DNA of 64,000 bases from Octopus sinensis (Eukaryota): positions 186,001-250,000 of the forward strand of contig NW_021832230.1 of the NCBI RefSeq assembly GCF_006345805.1, given 5' to 3'. Of this stretch, positions 12,781 through 25,056 are shown one piece after another (the stretch's first letter is position 1; every line of letters begins with the position of its first letter). The notes beneath the pieces are model-generated. The model was given only the letters and a program-made list of their open reading frames with translations, ran no database searches and was not told the origin of the DNA. The position numbers were made by a program, and so were the translations under genes.

Positions 12781-14859
12781 TATTCTATGCTTAGCAAAAA
12801 AAGACGCACCTTTTCCGCCCTATAGGACTCCCTCTTCTGAGATGCTCTCTTGGCAGCAATTGAAAGAGCACAAATCTCCAATTCCACGGAATTATACATA
12901 ATTGTCCATCTTTATATAAAAAAAAGTTAATTTGTTTAACATACATTTATTTACCGCTTCTTTAAACACTTTAAACACTTTTTACATTTACCGCTTCTTG
13001 ATTTTATAGTCCTAATAATATCATTATTTTGACAAATTTTAAAAGTTCTTAGATTATCTAATAATTTTTTAATTAAAAAAGATCTCGAAACATCAACGGG
13101 TAGGAAAAACTAATGGATTTTAGCTTGCGCAAATTAGAATTATATCTTGATCGCGACTAGTTTTGTTTGCTTAGTCATAGATTTTAGGATGCTTCGGTAA
13201 TTCCAGTAAAATTTTGATTTCGACATCAATTTCAATCCCCAAAATTTTCAAAATCTTAAAATGCGGTTTTATTGACACAAAAGCGGAAAAAGGAAATAAT
13301 AAAAAAATTAGCTCAACAAGAAAAATATTCAAGGAATTAGCGCTTAGGGGAATTGAAAACCATAACCACAAAGGTCTCAACTCCAGTTTTGCCCCGGGAG
13401 ATTTTTCTTATCTCCCTCAACGAATTTCAAGTTTTGAATAGGATCGCGGCTATCGTCTCAGTACTCCGCTCATGCGAATCCTCAAGCGGACTACTAATTC
13501 CGGGCCAAATGCCAGTTGATGGGAAGCGTCTGGTTTCTTTGAGTTTGACAATTAGACGTTCTCTCTCGTCCGTTTAATACCAGCCCTCCAATCCATGTAT
13601 TAGTAGAGGCTGAAACTAGGTCAGTTTAACGTGAAGAAACGTTTCCGTGTTAAGTCGGAGACTCCTTAGCTCTTTTAGGATCTTCGTACATTTTTTACGC
13701 TTCGCGTCCACATGTAGTTTGTAGGACCCGGTGGTGTCCACTGTTACTCTTAAGTAGTGTATGTTCCACGATATAATTACTTAAAAAGTTTTGAAGAATT
13801 TAGCGGAAATCCTAATTCCAAATGATTTGTGTTCTTTAGAATGTTTGTTTTTAATTTCTCTAGATTGAATCACAGCTTCAAATGCATCAAGTAACAAAAA
13901 TTTGTGAGCTGAGATCTAACAAAAAGTTGAAAATATTTTTCAGATACAATTTCATATGTTTTTGATTTTTTCGAATACAAAATCACATTATCCTTGTTCC
14001 CCGAAACGGCTTTATTTTTGGTTGAAGGGGAGATGTCGTAAAAATAATCGCCGACATTTTTATCGATTATTGTTGCTTGCAAAAAAGCACATTTTCTCAA
14101 TAGTTCTGCATAACTATAAATTTTGCATTTGTCCAAAGCAAATTTTACTGGACAGTATATCTATCAGTGGACTATTCCCAACGTAATCTGAGAGTGATTA
14201 TCCGTAGTAGTGTTTTTTTTTAATTTTGCATCTTGGGAATCAATATAAATTGATGGAAGTCGCCAATTTCCTAAACTGTAAAATATTTTAAAAACATGCC
14301 CAAAATTTTATCAAAACAAGAAACTGTTTTTGGCTGTCTTTTTTCACAATGATCTATTTTTATAATTAAAAACACCACTTACGACTGGTTCTTCTGGTTT
14401 GACCTATTTAAATAAAATAAATTAACAAATAACATTTTCTTCAAATATTCTGCATGATTCTTGAACAGCGAAAATTTGTCTAAGAAAGTCAAGCCGTAGC
14501 TGCCAAATATATATAGAATTGAAAAATAATTGGTGGTCCGGAACATTTGCACGGTACTGTATTTTCTTCATTTGAAGGTAATTTTTCACCGAATATGATT
14601 GATTTCAAAAGATTTCGTCGGCGTAGATAATCAATCTGCTTGTCAAAAAAGAGAGTTTGGGACATCTGCCAAGAATAATTTGAAAAGCAGAGGGCTGGGA
14701 ACTTATCCCTGTGAGCCGCCTCTCTTGAGGTTCACAAAGTTTGATAACAGATTTCAACATTGAATTATTGAATTTCTCTCGGATAGAAAACATTCTAGTC
14801 ATTTTACAGTTTTTTCCCAGCACCCGATTCTGCCACTTTCTCCATCAACCCAAGGTGCC

Positions 14860-15300
14860 AGACACTATCAAAGGCCTTGCAGACGTCCAAGCAACCGCGG
14901 TTAGGCAATCTTTATAAAGTTTGGCTGGAAATAGTTCTTTATCAAATACTAAGAAAAAGTTTCCGATTTACCGACCAGGTCTAAAGGTCCACATTTCTTC
15001 TGGAAGTATATTATTTTCCTACGCATGTGTCGAAAAACCATTAAATACGATCTTTTCCATTACCCTCGAAATTGTAGCGATAAGGCTAATTGGCCCATAG
15101 CTTCCCTCTTGCGTACTTTGGGATCATTTGGACAATTACTCGTTTCCAGTCAGCTAAGATATGACCAATGTCCCAAATGGCATTAAAAAGTTTAACCAGA
15201 ATTCAAAGCAGGCATCCCGGTGCCTTTTTGAACATCCCCATAGGAATGAAGTCAAATTTTGATATTAGGTCCAAAACACCTCTCGTTTGTTTTGAAGTCT
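14860..15300 (-). mobile_element. LINE RT N-terminal fragment
   Basis: LFNAIWDIG...WKRVIVQMIPK...FRPGR...LDVCKAFDSVWH. Confidence 0.7.
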
Positions 15301-15443
15301 TAGTTTCCGTTGTAACTTCAATTCTTTTGTTAAACAATTTACAATGAATCGTAATTTTATTTATTTTAAATATTTATTATTTTATAAATTATCAAAAATA
15401 GATTGTGGTTTACAAAAAATCGTTCCGATGTATTACTAAAATT

Positions 15444-16651
15444 ATGACACTAAGCTTCTTACTCATAAGAAATTTTTCTTCGGAGACTGAAGCTGTATCT
15501 AACATTGCTTCTAACTTGTTTTACGGGATTATAAACGGCAACAGAGGCGCACTTTCCCGTTCAGTAACACTGGTGGAATCGACAAATATTTATAAAAGGG
15601 AAATTGGGCAGAATATTATATCAAAATGCCTTAAATATGCCAAAGAAAACTCAGATCTCCAAAAGACGTTCCGAATTGGTATACTATGTTTATTTAAAAT
15701 ATTATAAACTAATCAAAACTAAAAATATAGGCATCTCAGGACCGCCTGGGGCCGGAAAAAGTACTTTTATAGAGTCGTTCGGTACTTTTCTGATTAAAAA
15801 GGAAAACAAAGTGGCTGTCCTTGCTGTTGATCCTTCTTCTGTAACTCGAGGAGGTACAATATTATTAAAATAATAAAATAAGGTTCACTCTTGGGTGATA
15901 AAGTGAGAATGCCTCGACTTTCATTGAACAAAAATGCCTATGTAAGACCGTCTCCAACAAGTGGCATGCTTGGGGGGGTTGCAAGAGTGACAAATGAAGT
16001 TCTTTTCCTTTGTGAAGCCGCCCAATATAACATTATTCTTATTGAGACTGTTGGTGTTGGCCAGTCAGAAACGGCTGTTGCTGATATGGTGGATTTGTTT
16101 TTACTGTTGATTCCTCCGACAGCTGGAGATGAAATGCAAGGTTGCAAAAATTAATAAATAATACTAATTTAAAATATAAACAAATCAAAGGAATGAAGAG
16201 GGGAATTACTGAACTGAGCGACATCATTGCAGTGACTAAAAGTGACTCAGACATGCTGACTCAGTCAAAACGTATTCAAGCAGATTACAAAAGCGCTCTT
16301 AGATTTTTGTCACAAAAATCCCCAAATTGGAAACCAACTGTACCTTGGGGATTTACAAAATGTATAGGTTATAAGGATATCTTCGATGAATCATGATGGA
16401 TTTGATCAATTATATAGCAAAATATTCGAATTTCGCTCCAAAATGATAGAAAGTGGGGAGTTTATGGAAAATCGACAAAAACAAAAGCAAGCTTGGTTAT
16501 AAAATCCCTTCAAAACAGTATTTGGGGAGCTGTTCAAGATAAATTTGGTGAAAGAATAACAAGTTTACAAGAAAAAGTTGCTAAAGATTTACTTACACCT
16601 TCTCAAGCAGTCGATCGTCTTCTAGATGAAATTTTAACCCGTAAATTATAA
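15444..16651 (+). CDS. MMAA: Methylmalonic aciduria type A protein (MeaB/ArgK GTPase), 6 exons
   Basis: [60 protein letters not shown]; introns include 15679-15730 (52 nt), 15854-15882 (29 nt) and 16496-16518 (23 nt); stop TAA 16649-16651. The start codon is uncertain. Confidence 0.93.
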
Positions 16652-17256
16652 CTTAGCTCATAGACATCTATAAAATATATTTTGCATAATTTTACTATAT
16701 GTGTAAGGTACTAGACAATAAATTTTTTTTATTTATTGACGAATTCGTTATATGAATTGGAAAAAAGATTATAAAAATTTCCACTTATTGATTTTAATTT
16801 TCAAACTCAAATAATATTAAGCAAGCTGGTGTCTATTTCTGGATAAATGAAATTACAAAATAAATGGTATTGGAATTTCTTGATCTTAACCTCAGATCAG
16901 AATGAATTTTCATTAGTTTTCAAAAATGGTAATTTATTCCAAATATCTAATTTTCCCATTAGATAGATTGAACTAATAGATTTTAATAACGTTATTTCAA
17001 AATAAATCAATCAAGAAACTTTTAAAATGCATCTTTACCAAAATATAAATCAGGAAACAAATCCTCACTGAATGTTTTATGATAGCTTAGCAGTGTGAAG
17101 AGATACGAAGTGGTATATTTGAGAGTAATCGAAAAGGCAGAATATTGGTAATCAATAATTCCACACCTAAATTATCTTATTCAAAATATTGTTTTAATTA
17201 TGATGCATCGTAATACGTTAAACTAGATAATTCATAAAAATGAAATCATAAAGAAA

Positions 17257-18317
17257 TTAATCACTATTAAAAAACTCCGTTCTGAAATTCTCACAAAAAC
17301 TACAAAGATTTGAATACTTCTTTGATGCGTTATCCGTAAAAGTAATTAAAGAATCGATAGTCATGAAAGCATAAATATGGCCATAGGCAATCGCATCCAA
17401 TTCACACGGAATTCTAAAACAGTAAAGTCCATATAAAACACGTTTTTGACAAAAAATATCTATTTTCCCCCAATAGTCGGGATAAATAGTCAAACGAATT
17501 TAATACACAATCAAAAACCTAAATCAATAAAAAACAATAAAAACTTCTTTTTTAGTTTTTGGAGTTACTTTTGAGGAAAAATAACGATACCTATTTTTCT
17601 GGCATTGAATCCACGGAATAATTAAATTTAGTGGAAAAGGATAACACGAAGCAATACGGGGACGAGTTACCTTTAATAAAAATTCAAGTAAATATGAAAT
17701 GCCCTCACTTTTGAGGTAGCATCCCATTATTAGAAAATATAATTAAATTAAACAACCTTTTTATAAATATTATCATCACACCACGTTATATATGTCTATA
17801 TTTTTAAAGAAAATAATAAACTTCACAGTCAGCCAAATCTCCAATGATAATGTACATAATTGTAGAGGCCAAATCACGTTTTTGTATTCCGAATGATAGG
17901 GTAGGAGAAAGTCCCTGAATTTTTTATTATGAATATCACTTTGATCTCAATGAATTTAAATACAGATTCAATTCCAGATAGAAGAAGAGGGCCGACCTTA
18001 ATAAAAGGAATCTCCCCTAATATGTTACATTTTGTTAGATTTTTAACCGTTTGGAGAAATTTCTTCTGCATTTTTATAATATTCTACATTATATGGTATT
18101 TTGATAATCTTAAAAAGTGCTTGCATTGCTTGACAGTTTGCATACTGATCGGGTAATATCTGAGAACCTGTTTTAAGTTTATTGAAAAAAAGTTTAATAC
18201 TTTCATTAACCTGATATAACGTAATTGTCTCCGGCAGGGGTAATGATTCTACGGAGAAATTAAAAACATTTTCGAACTGTATTTAAGGAAATTGGTTAAG
18301 TTGCACACTAGACTCAT
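17257..18317 (-). CDS. MTX2: Metaxin-2-like mitochondrial outer-membrane import protein, multi-exon
   Basis: Spliced translation: TITLYQ...QILPD...NAEEISPNGEIPFIKVG...RIASCYPFPLNLI...PCELDAIAYGHIY...YSNLCSFC, parallel to metaxin-2 AEYMSPSGKVPF / YPWPLN / TELDALVFGHL / YSNLLAFC. Confidence 0.8.
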
Positions 18318-18489
18318 TAATAGTAATAGGGAATTTAATGATTGATTCGAAAAGTTTTTTAATTTTAAAATATAAACTTTATCAACAGAAATTTTGAACG
18401 GATCGCTTTGGAACGGGAATGTTTCCCCCAGAAGTGAGGCATTATATTGCCTATTGCAGGATTGAGAATCTGTTTTTTTAACCAAGGGA

Positions 18490-19090
18490 GCTTTGTTTAA
18501 CTATTTTATAAGAAGCAAAAAAACCGTTGATCATTTGGCAACCCAATGTGGGAAAATGCTCAACAGTAATTACGTCAGAAAACATAACGAAGTCGTGAAA
18601 TGTATTCACTTGTATGTCTGTAGGAAGTATAGAATCCGCAAAGTTAAAAAATTTAAAGAATATTCACTTCAGTCAATCATATTCACATAAAATGTTGAAA
18701 TATGTGAAGATTCTTTAATAATTACAGACACAAAAATTTAATGTAACAAGACTGATATATTCATGTACGACAAAATAAAAAAACGAAATTACTATCATCG
18801 AAGTGGGACGTCCCCTCTCGAAGTAGGACAGGACCTGCCTGAAGCAGGCCGAAGTTGAGAAATGCCATAAATGCAATCCTTTGGGCATGGATTTATCCAG
18901 CCTCTACGACGCTCAAATCAAAATAATTTTACTGGATATGACATGTGACGGTGTCGTTTTTAAGTTTTTCAAGAATTACATTGAAAAGTTGGCAATTGAA
19001 GACGTTTCTGTGTTTCAGCAAACACTTCTTTAGAATTTACAATTTATCCAAAACCAAGCATGTGTTTCTTAAATCTATGCGAGGAATTTA
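18490..19090 (+). mobile_element. R4/Dong-clade LINE zinc-knuckle plus RLE fragment
   Basis: KTVDHLATQCGKML...RKHNEVVKCIHL...NKTDIFMYDKIK...IIEVG; stops present. Confidence 0.85.
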
Positions 19091-19454
19091 ACACACTTTA
19101 GAGACATGGAATACTAAAAAAATCCCTTTAAACAAAAAATTCGAATTTGATTTAAATCTGTTTGATAAAACTTAGTGTACTACAAGGAAATAAATAGAAA
19201 TAAATAGAAAAATGAATGTATACAACAGTAAATACGAATTTATCTGCGGAGATAAAGTATACCTAAAAAAATTACGGATACTCAAGTTAAAAAAGATTAT
19301 GGAACAAAACTTTCGTCACGGCTAAATAAATTAGAGTCTCCATTCTATTCAGGGGTCAAAACAATTAACATTTTGTCAAACAATCAAGTCGAGATTAAGA
19401 ACCATTTTTATTTAATAGATAAAATATGCTAAAGAAGGTGTATAAAGGATTCCG

Positions 19455-19790
19455 ACTTTTCTTTTCCAAAGGGGAAAATGTCTGCTCTTGGACGTCAAGG
19501 GTATAAACTCGTTTTTGGCTAGAACATAGTAGCATCAATCGAAAGCCCTGGAGCCCCAACAGAACGGGCCGAAAAGATGAAACATGCGAAACATGATGAT
19601 GTCAGGAATTGCAGAGTGTTTGGCCTCCTGACGCCTAAAATACGAGGACCTTCCGCTCGGAGCCTGCTCTGACATATCGGGTTACTTCTGGATAAGGTTA
19701 CTGACGATCAATCCGAGAACTGGTATCTCCCAACAAGATTTCCTGCTTTAGTCAAAAATAATGCCCTGTCTGTCCGACAATAACCATTTT
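19455..19790 (+). mobile_element. CRE-clade 3' fragment
   Basis: FPFSKGK...ASIESPGAPTERAEKMKHAKH. Confidence 0.62.
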
Positions 19791-19858
19791 TTTTCTTTTA
19801 AACAATTTTTTTCTAATAAACATATTCTAATCAAAAAAATAAAACTAAAAGAATAAAA

Positions 19859-21438
19859 TCAGGTATTTTTATTGATAAAACTTTCCAATATATTTATTGT
19901 ATTTTTCACATTCTTAGCTTTTGCCTTTATTGCTGCTTTGTGACGTTTAGTCTTGTTATGTAGATTCCAGGTTTTCTCATCAACATAAAACGTCATTTCA
20001 CAGATTTTACAAGTTCGCATGGATACGCCCCTCGATCTTTGCTCGACTTCAGTAATAAAATTAATCTTCTCTTTGGGAAATTGGCATTCACGTTTCTGAA
20101 TTATAATCACCAGAGACAATACAGCCAAATAGTCCGCAACAATGGTAATTGCCATTGGAATTACGTCTGTCGACAGATCCTTGGATCCTGTGGCATCTAA
20201 TTTATATACACAATAGCATTCAGGTCTACTACACCCCTCATAGGTCTCTGAAATAATACAAATAGTCATTAATTTTTACGAGTTAAAAAACGTTTTCTTA
20301 TCCAGCCAAGTTGTTGTCTGGCATAGCGCTTAGTTGAATTTTTCAACCTTTCAACGCCTGAAAATAGTTTTAAAAAAAATAACTTTTTTCAAGTAATTTT
20401 TTTCCTTCTATCGAGTCTTCGCACACATTTTCGTTAAGCATCAAATATTCGTGAAACTCCTTAAAGCCTATAGACTGGAAAATTCCCCGTTGATAGTCAT
20501 AATGTCTATAAATATTATTCATATACAACAACCCTTTCTGGGTTTTACGATTTTCACTATAACGATGATGAAAATCGACAAGTTCATCAACCAGACCATT
20601 TTCCAGCATTTTATCAACTCTTTCGTCAATTAACTTATCAAGCTCTGAAAATAAATATTTAAAAATCCAGACCTTTCAAATCCCGATAAACAAAAACGAT
20701 ACAAAAATCATCAATTCGGAGTCTATATTTTGTCCCTTGTCTTTGTGCAGAGTATAGTTCAGTGATAGACTTGCCAGTTCGTTTATAAACTTCAATCGCT
20801 CTAAAAAATGTTTTTAAAAAAACTTTTTTATTTTCCGAGAATCGTTTGGATGAAATTTTGAGGCATGAACAGAATCAATCTCCATTAACAATTTGTGGTT
20901 GTCCTCGTTCTCCTGGTCCACCAAAATATCTTTAAAATAATTTAGAAAAATCACCATTTGAATTATAATTATGACAAAAACTAATAAATTTTAGTAAATT
21001 ATTTTTAGTACTTAACTTCCAAAAGTGATTCCCAGAGAATCGATTCCAAATAATAATTTGTACCTCCCTCGATGATTGGAAGTCCACTGCCATTTTTGTA
21101 TAGATTTTCAATGTAAAATAGTTAAGTGAAAATGCATGAAAATATTAAATGATAATAAAGGATATAATTTGTAATGCAGAATCACTGTACATCTTGACAT
21201 TATAATTTTCATATAAAGGGTCCAAAAAGTCAATTAAATGATGAGGACACGCGTTTAACTCAGAAGGAGTGGGTTTATTGGTAATAATATTTAATCCTTT
21301 GTACATCTGCATAGCATCAGCATTTATAATGCTTCCATTAAATTTTTTGGCCAATGCAAATGCTATTTGTGATTTTCCAGAACCAGTTGGGCCAAGTACA
21401 GCTACAAGTGGACGCAATCGGCCACCACTAGTCTTCAT
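19859..21438 (-). CDS. TRIT1: tRNA dimethylallyltransferase (MiaA/MOD5 family) with C-terminal zinc finger, multi-exon
   Basis: [63 protein letters not shown]...HNKTKRH. Confidence 0.93.
21113..21165 (-). other. U12-type (minor spliceosome) AT-AC intron, 53 nt, in TRIT1
   Basis: Minus strand: CAA ATT | ATATCCTTT...TTTTCACTTAAC TATTTTAC | ATT GAA AAT. It removes an in-frame TAA and restores [25 protein letters not shown]. Confidence 0.9.
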
Positions 21439-21639
21439 ATGGTTTTTAATTTTTTAATTAAATATAAATTAATAAAAAACATTTAATTAAAAAAATATTT
21501 AGGAATATATTTTTCTATTTTATTGAGATTGTTTACATCCCATAAACTGGCTTATGTGCTAGCCGTCGTGTAATTTAAAAATTGATAAAACCAAATAGTC
21601 TATTTCGAAATGAAAATTAGGTACTAAGGGAGTGAAAAA

Positions 21640-22400
21640 GGATACCCTAATATTCTTCCCAAAGAAGTAGTAAGATAATGTTTAGAGAAATTGCTGCCAC
21701 TGAGCTAGGTTTAATTCCTATTTCAAATACTTCTGTGAGCAGACTGATCAAGGATATGTTTGATGACATCGAAACCCTTTTGGTTCGGCGAATAAAAAAA
21801 TCTGAATTTTTTCCATTTCAAGTAGATAAAAGCTCAGATATTACAAGAATGCAATTTTCTGTTTTATTTCGTTATATGGACGATGAATCCATTATTGAAG
21901 ATTTTTTTCCTCAAAGAGTCGTCGAAACAACAAAGGGATATGACATTTTCAATCTTATAAATTCATATTTCGAACATTTAAAGTTGGATTGGAATGAATG
22001 CATGGGTATCTGCACTGATGGTGTTCTATCAGGGACGGGGGATGATAGAGACTTTGTTTCTGTTGCGAAAAATAAAAATCCGTACTTAATTCACAAGCAT
22101 TATTTTATTCATCATGAAGCATGCTTTGGACAGGGTCGTAAAAATTATCAATTATATCAAAATGAGTCCGTTGTAATTACGATAGCTCTCGGAACTTTAT
22201 GAAAATACAGAACATTCAATTTTGATTTACCGCACTGAACTAAAATGGCTTCGAATTGTTTCTATGAACTATACAAAAAAAGTTGGATAACTTTATTGAA
22301 TGCTTTAATAATGAATGTTATTGTTGCAAGATAGCACACCTTGCCGATATTTTTAATGAACTTAATGTTCTCAATAGCAGCATACAAATCTGTCGAGTTG
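21640..22400 (+). mobile_element. hAT Buster/Charlie (ZBED5-like) transposase pseudogene
   Basis: IPISNTSVSRLIKDM...FQVDKSSDI...ICTDG...IHHEA...IAHLADIFNELNVLNSSIQ. Confidence 0.85.
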
Positions 22401-22437
22401 TACAAACAAATTTTTTTTGCTATGTACAAAACATAAA

Positions 22438-22509
22438 CTCCCCGACCGGGAATCGAACCCGGGCCACCGCGATGACAACGCGGCATACTAACCATTATAC
22501 TATCGGGGA
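22438..22509 (-). tRNA. tRNA-Asp (GTC)
   Basis: 72-nt cloverleaf: acceptor stem TCCCCGA/TCGGGGA, anticodon stem CCGCG/CGCGG with loop TTGTCAT, T arm CCGGG TTCGATT CCCGG; T-run downstream. Confidence 0.95.
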
Positions 22510-22549
22510 CGTACTTGCTATTTTTGTTTTTTAATAACGGGACACTAAT

Positions 22550-22800
22550 TTTGCTGTAACCTTTAACTTATCCATCACTTCTTTTAGAGTTATTCTTGGT
22601 TTTGTACTGGCTATTCTTTTTATTTATAAAGAAGAGGATTTAGTTATTTTACTCTGAGCAGCTGATCTTGGTGTATTAATAACAGTTTTGTGTTGTTTCC
22701 GCTGGGTAGTAATATACCAACCAGTAGTTTTTGGCAACGTCAGCTATTTAGAAATCTCTTCACCACTTTTAGCTCTTTTGTATGACGTTATAACTTGTTT
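22550..22800 (-). mobile_element. Tc1 transposase N-terminal HTH fragment
   Basis: DLKKQVITSYKRAKSGEEISK*LTLPKTT...INTPRS...KITK...TKPRITLKEV. Confidence 0.7.
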
Positions 22801-22809
22801 TTTTAGATC

Positions 22810-23110
22810 AGTAATTCTCAAATTTGGGTACGCGAGATTCAGTAGTTTGTACGCGTAGAGGATTTGTTTTTTTCCAATTACATATTACTGCCTTCCTTTG
22901 GAATATACGTGACCCACTCCACACGATTTTGTTTATCTTATTAAGAAATCGCTCACTTAAGTGGACGATGTTTCTCAGTCCACGTCCTAGTTGCCCTCGA
23001 GACAAGTATAATTTCTCCTTATTCCTAGCCAACACGTTGACGTGATTCTCCCCGTGTACTCTTCTAACAATAAGGTCTATTTTATCGTACTCACATTCGA
23101 TCAGGGCAAC
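22810..23110 (-). mobile_element. R4/Dong-clade LINE fragment
   Basis: NKEKLYLSRGQLGRGL, equivalent to NKERLYLDRKTLGRGL at 27282-27572. Confidence 0.65.
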
Positions 23111-23944
23111 GTAGATGTCTAGGTAGTGAGATCGCGTACTCGTTCAAAGCATGAAATCAGTTCCGTGCATTGAGGACGGTTTTGCATAACATTGCTACCC
23201 TACTACCTACACACTCCATTACACACTTTCTCACGGGTAACTGCCCCATCGAACTTTTTGCGGATGTCAGAGACACCACAAGACTTTGTCATCAAGGGAG
23301 CATCGGATCCACAACACGGAAACAACACACCCTTGCGAGAACGTGCTGTCCACATACTCTCCCATGTGTCAAGTATTTCGGGCATTTGCTGGATACACTC
23401 CTCCGATAAAACAACATGCGATTAAACTCAAACAGTTTGTTCTTTTGCCTGCGCTGACACTGAGACACAAGAGTTGTGAGCTTCTTCTGATAAACGAAAA
23501 TCAGCTCTTCCCTCTCACAATTGAACTTTACACAATTGAACTTTTTCGGTGTTTAGCTTGGGAATTCACAATAGTTCCCAAGCTGTTTGTATAAAAATGT
23601 TAGAGAACTGATTTTTCTTATAAGCATGCTTTAGAGTGACAGCCTTTTTTCAGAGTTAGCTAGGAATACATCTTGCGTTTCATGAAAATGAGTTGAACTT
23701 TTAAATTGCTTTACAACATTTAATCGTGCAGATATTTCTTTACCTGCTTTTTAAGTTTCTGCACAAAAACCAAACAACCTAGCTTAGTCATGTTTATTTT
23801 CAATATAAATATGGCTGTTCTTTTGCTTTCGCTGAGCACACCTTGATCCTCGTTCACTTCTACACTAAAAGCATCTCTCTTTTTCTTTGTAATAAACATC
23901 TGACATCTGAAGCACAACATTTTCAAAAAATTTTTCTTGATCCC

Positions 23945-24340
23945 TAAAAAGTGATTGTGAGACTTTGAAGGACTTACGCCCTATAACGTGTATGCCAACT
24001 TTGTATAAACTTGTCACCAAATGTGTTAATGCCAAACTGACCGATTTCATCGAGGCATTTGGCTTAATCTCAGAGAATCATCTTGAAACGAGGAAGCAAT
24101 GTCAAGGCGTCAAAGAGCAGGCCCTCATTAACCAATGCTTAAATAAGGAGTACGGAAATGCCGTCTATTTCGCTTGGGTCAATGTCAATAAAATATTTGA
24201 CTCAGTTTATCATGAGTTATTGTTCCATGTATTGGATTGCTCTTGAATACCACATTGGATCGTCAACTTTGTGAATAGCATAGTCAAGAATTGAACAGTA
24301 AACTTACATATTGATGGGAAAAGAATTGGGAAAGTAAAGT
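23945..24340 (+). mobile_element. R4/Dong-clade RT N-terminal fragment, followed by an 85-bp RTE piece (about 24353-24437)
   Basis: LRPITCMPTLYKL...QGVKEQALIN...FDSVYH; the following 85 bp match 28189-28273 with about 3 mismatches. Confidence 0.85.
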
Positions 24341-24760
24341 TAGGCCGGAGAGAGTCACGGAATTGGATTTCGGGGTCGGCCAAGACACACGCTTCCTCTC
24401 TGCCTGAGAGATGATTACGCGAGAATTAGCTTCCGACTTATAGATTTGATCAATTATACTTATTTTTTTTCAAAATTGGAAAACTTAGATAACCAAAATA
24501 AATTTGCATGGTAGATTAATTTGAAAAAAAACTTTGATAAATTACTAAAATAATTAAGAAAATCAAAAAATCTAATCATAATTAATTTGAATGAAAAATA
24601 TTTATTTTTTTAAAATAACGTTGACGGGGCATTATCCAACCGAGGGCATTATCCAGCCGGTGACAATGAATCGATTAAAATTAGTTTTATCTATTTTATA
24701 ATTTGTTAGTTAGCCTCATCGTTAACAGGCAAAAAATAATCATCAGAACCAAACATATTT

Positions 24761-24982
24761 GGCTCCGGGACCCTCACTTCCTAAAGAAACTGGGACATCT
24801 TTGTTCTTCGCGGTCCAGGACCCTAGGGAATTTACTTTCCTCATTCAGAGGATCCTGCTGGCTGTCATGCGTGGCAACAGCTGTTCCCTCCGTCTCGCTG
24901 GAGAAATTATTAGTTTGTTGACTTTACTTAGTAGTTTGACCCTATTATGATTAATTATTTTAATAAATAAAAAAAAAAAAAA
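24761..24982 (+). mobile_element. 5'-truncated CRE insertion with poly(A) tail and 10-bp TSD
   Basis: DPREFTFLIQRILLAVMRGN, then a poly(A) run at about 24969-24985; AAACATATTT at 24751-24760 and 24983-24992; the empty site is at 33640-33649. Confidence 0.87.
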
Positions 24983-24992
24983 AAACATATTT

Positions 24993-25056
24993 TGTTGCGC
25001 CCCACGCTGTCGACCAAAGCGACCTTCGTTGATGACAGGGTTGACAGGATGACCTA
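24993..25056. mobile_element. Isolated end of the Ginger-like element at 33650
   Basis: TGTTGCGCCCCACGCTGTCGACCAAAGCGACCTTCG...GACCTAA is near-identical to 33650-33713. Confidence 0.8.

Noticed and set aside
16690-17250. Possible small plus-strand gene with a PH-like exon (MKLQNKWYWNFLILTSD...)
   Set aside because: Could not build a consistent spliced frame by hand.
23170-23620. THFLTGNCP...CCP peptide and nested hairpins (AGCTTGGGAA/TTCCCAAGCT)
   Set aside because: May be an R1-like LINE tail plus a MITE, but the matches are too short and no TSD was found.
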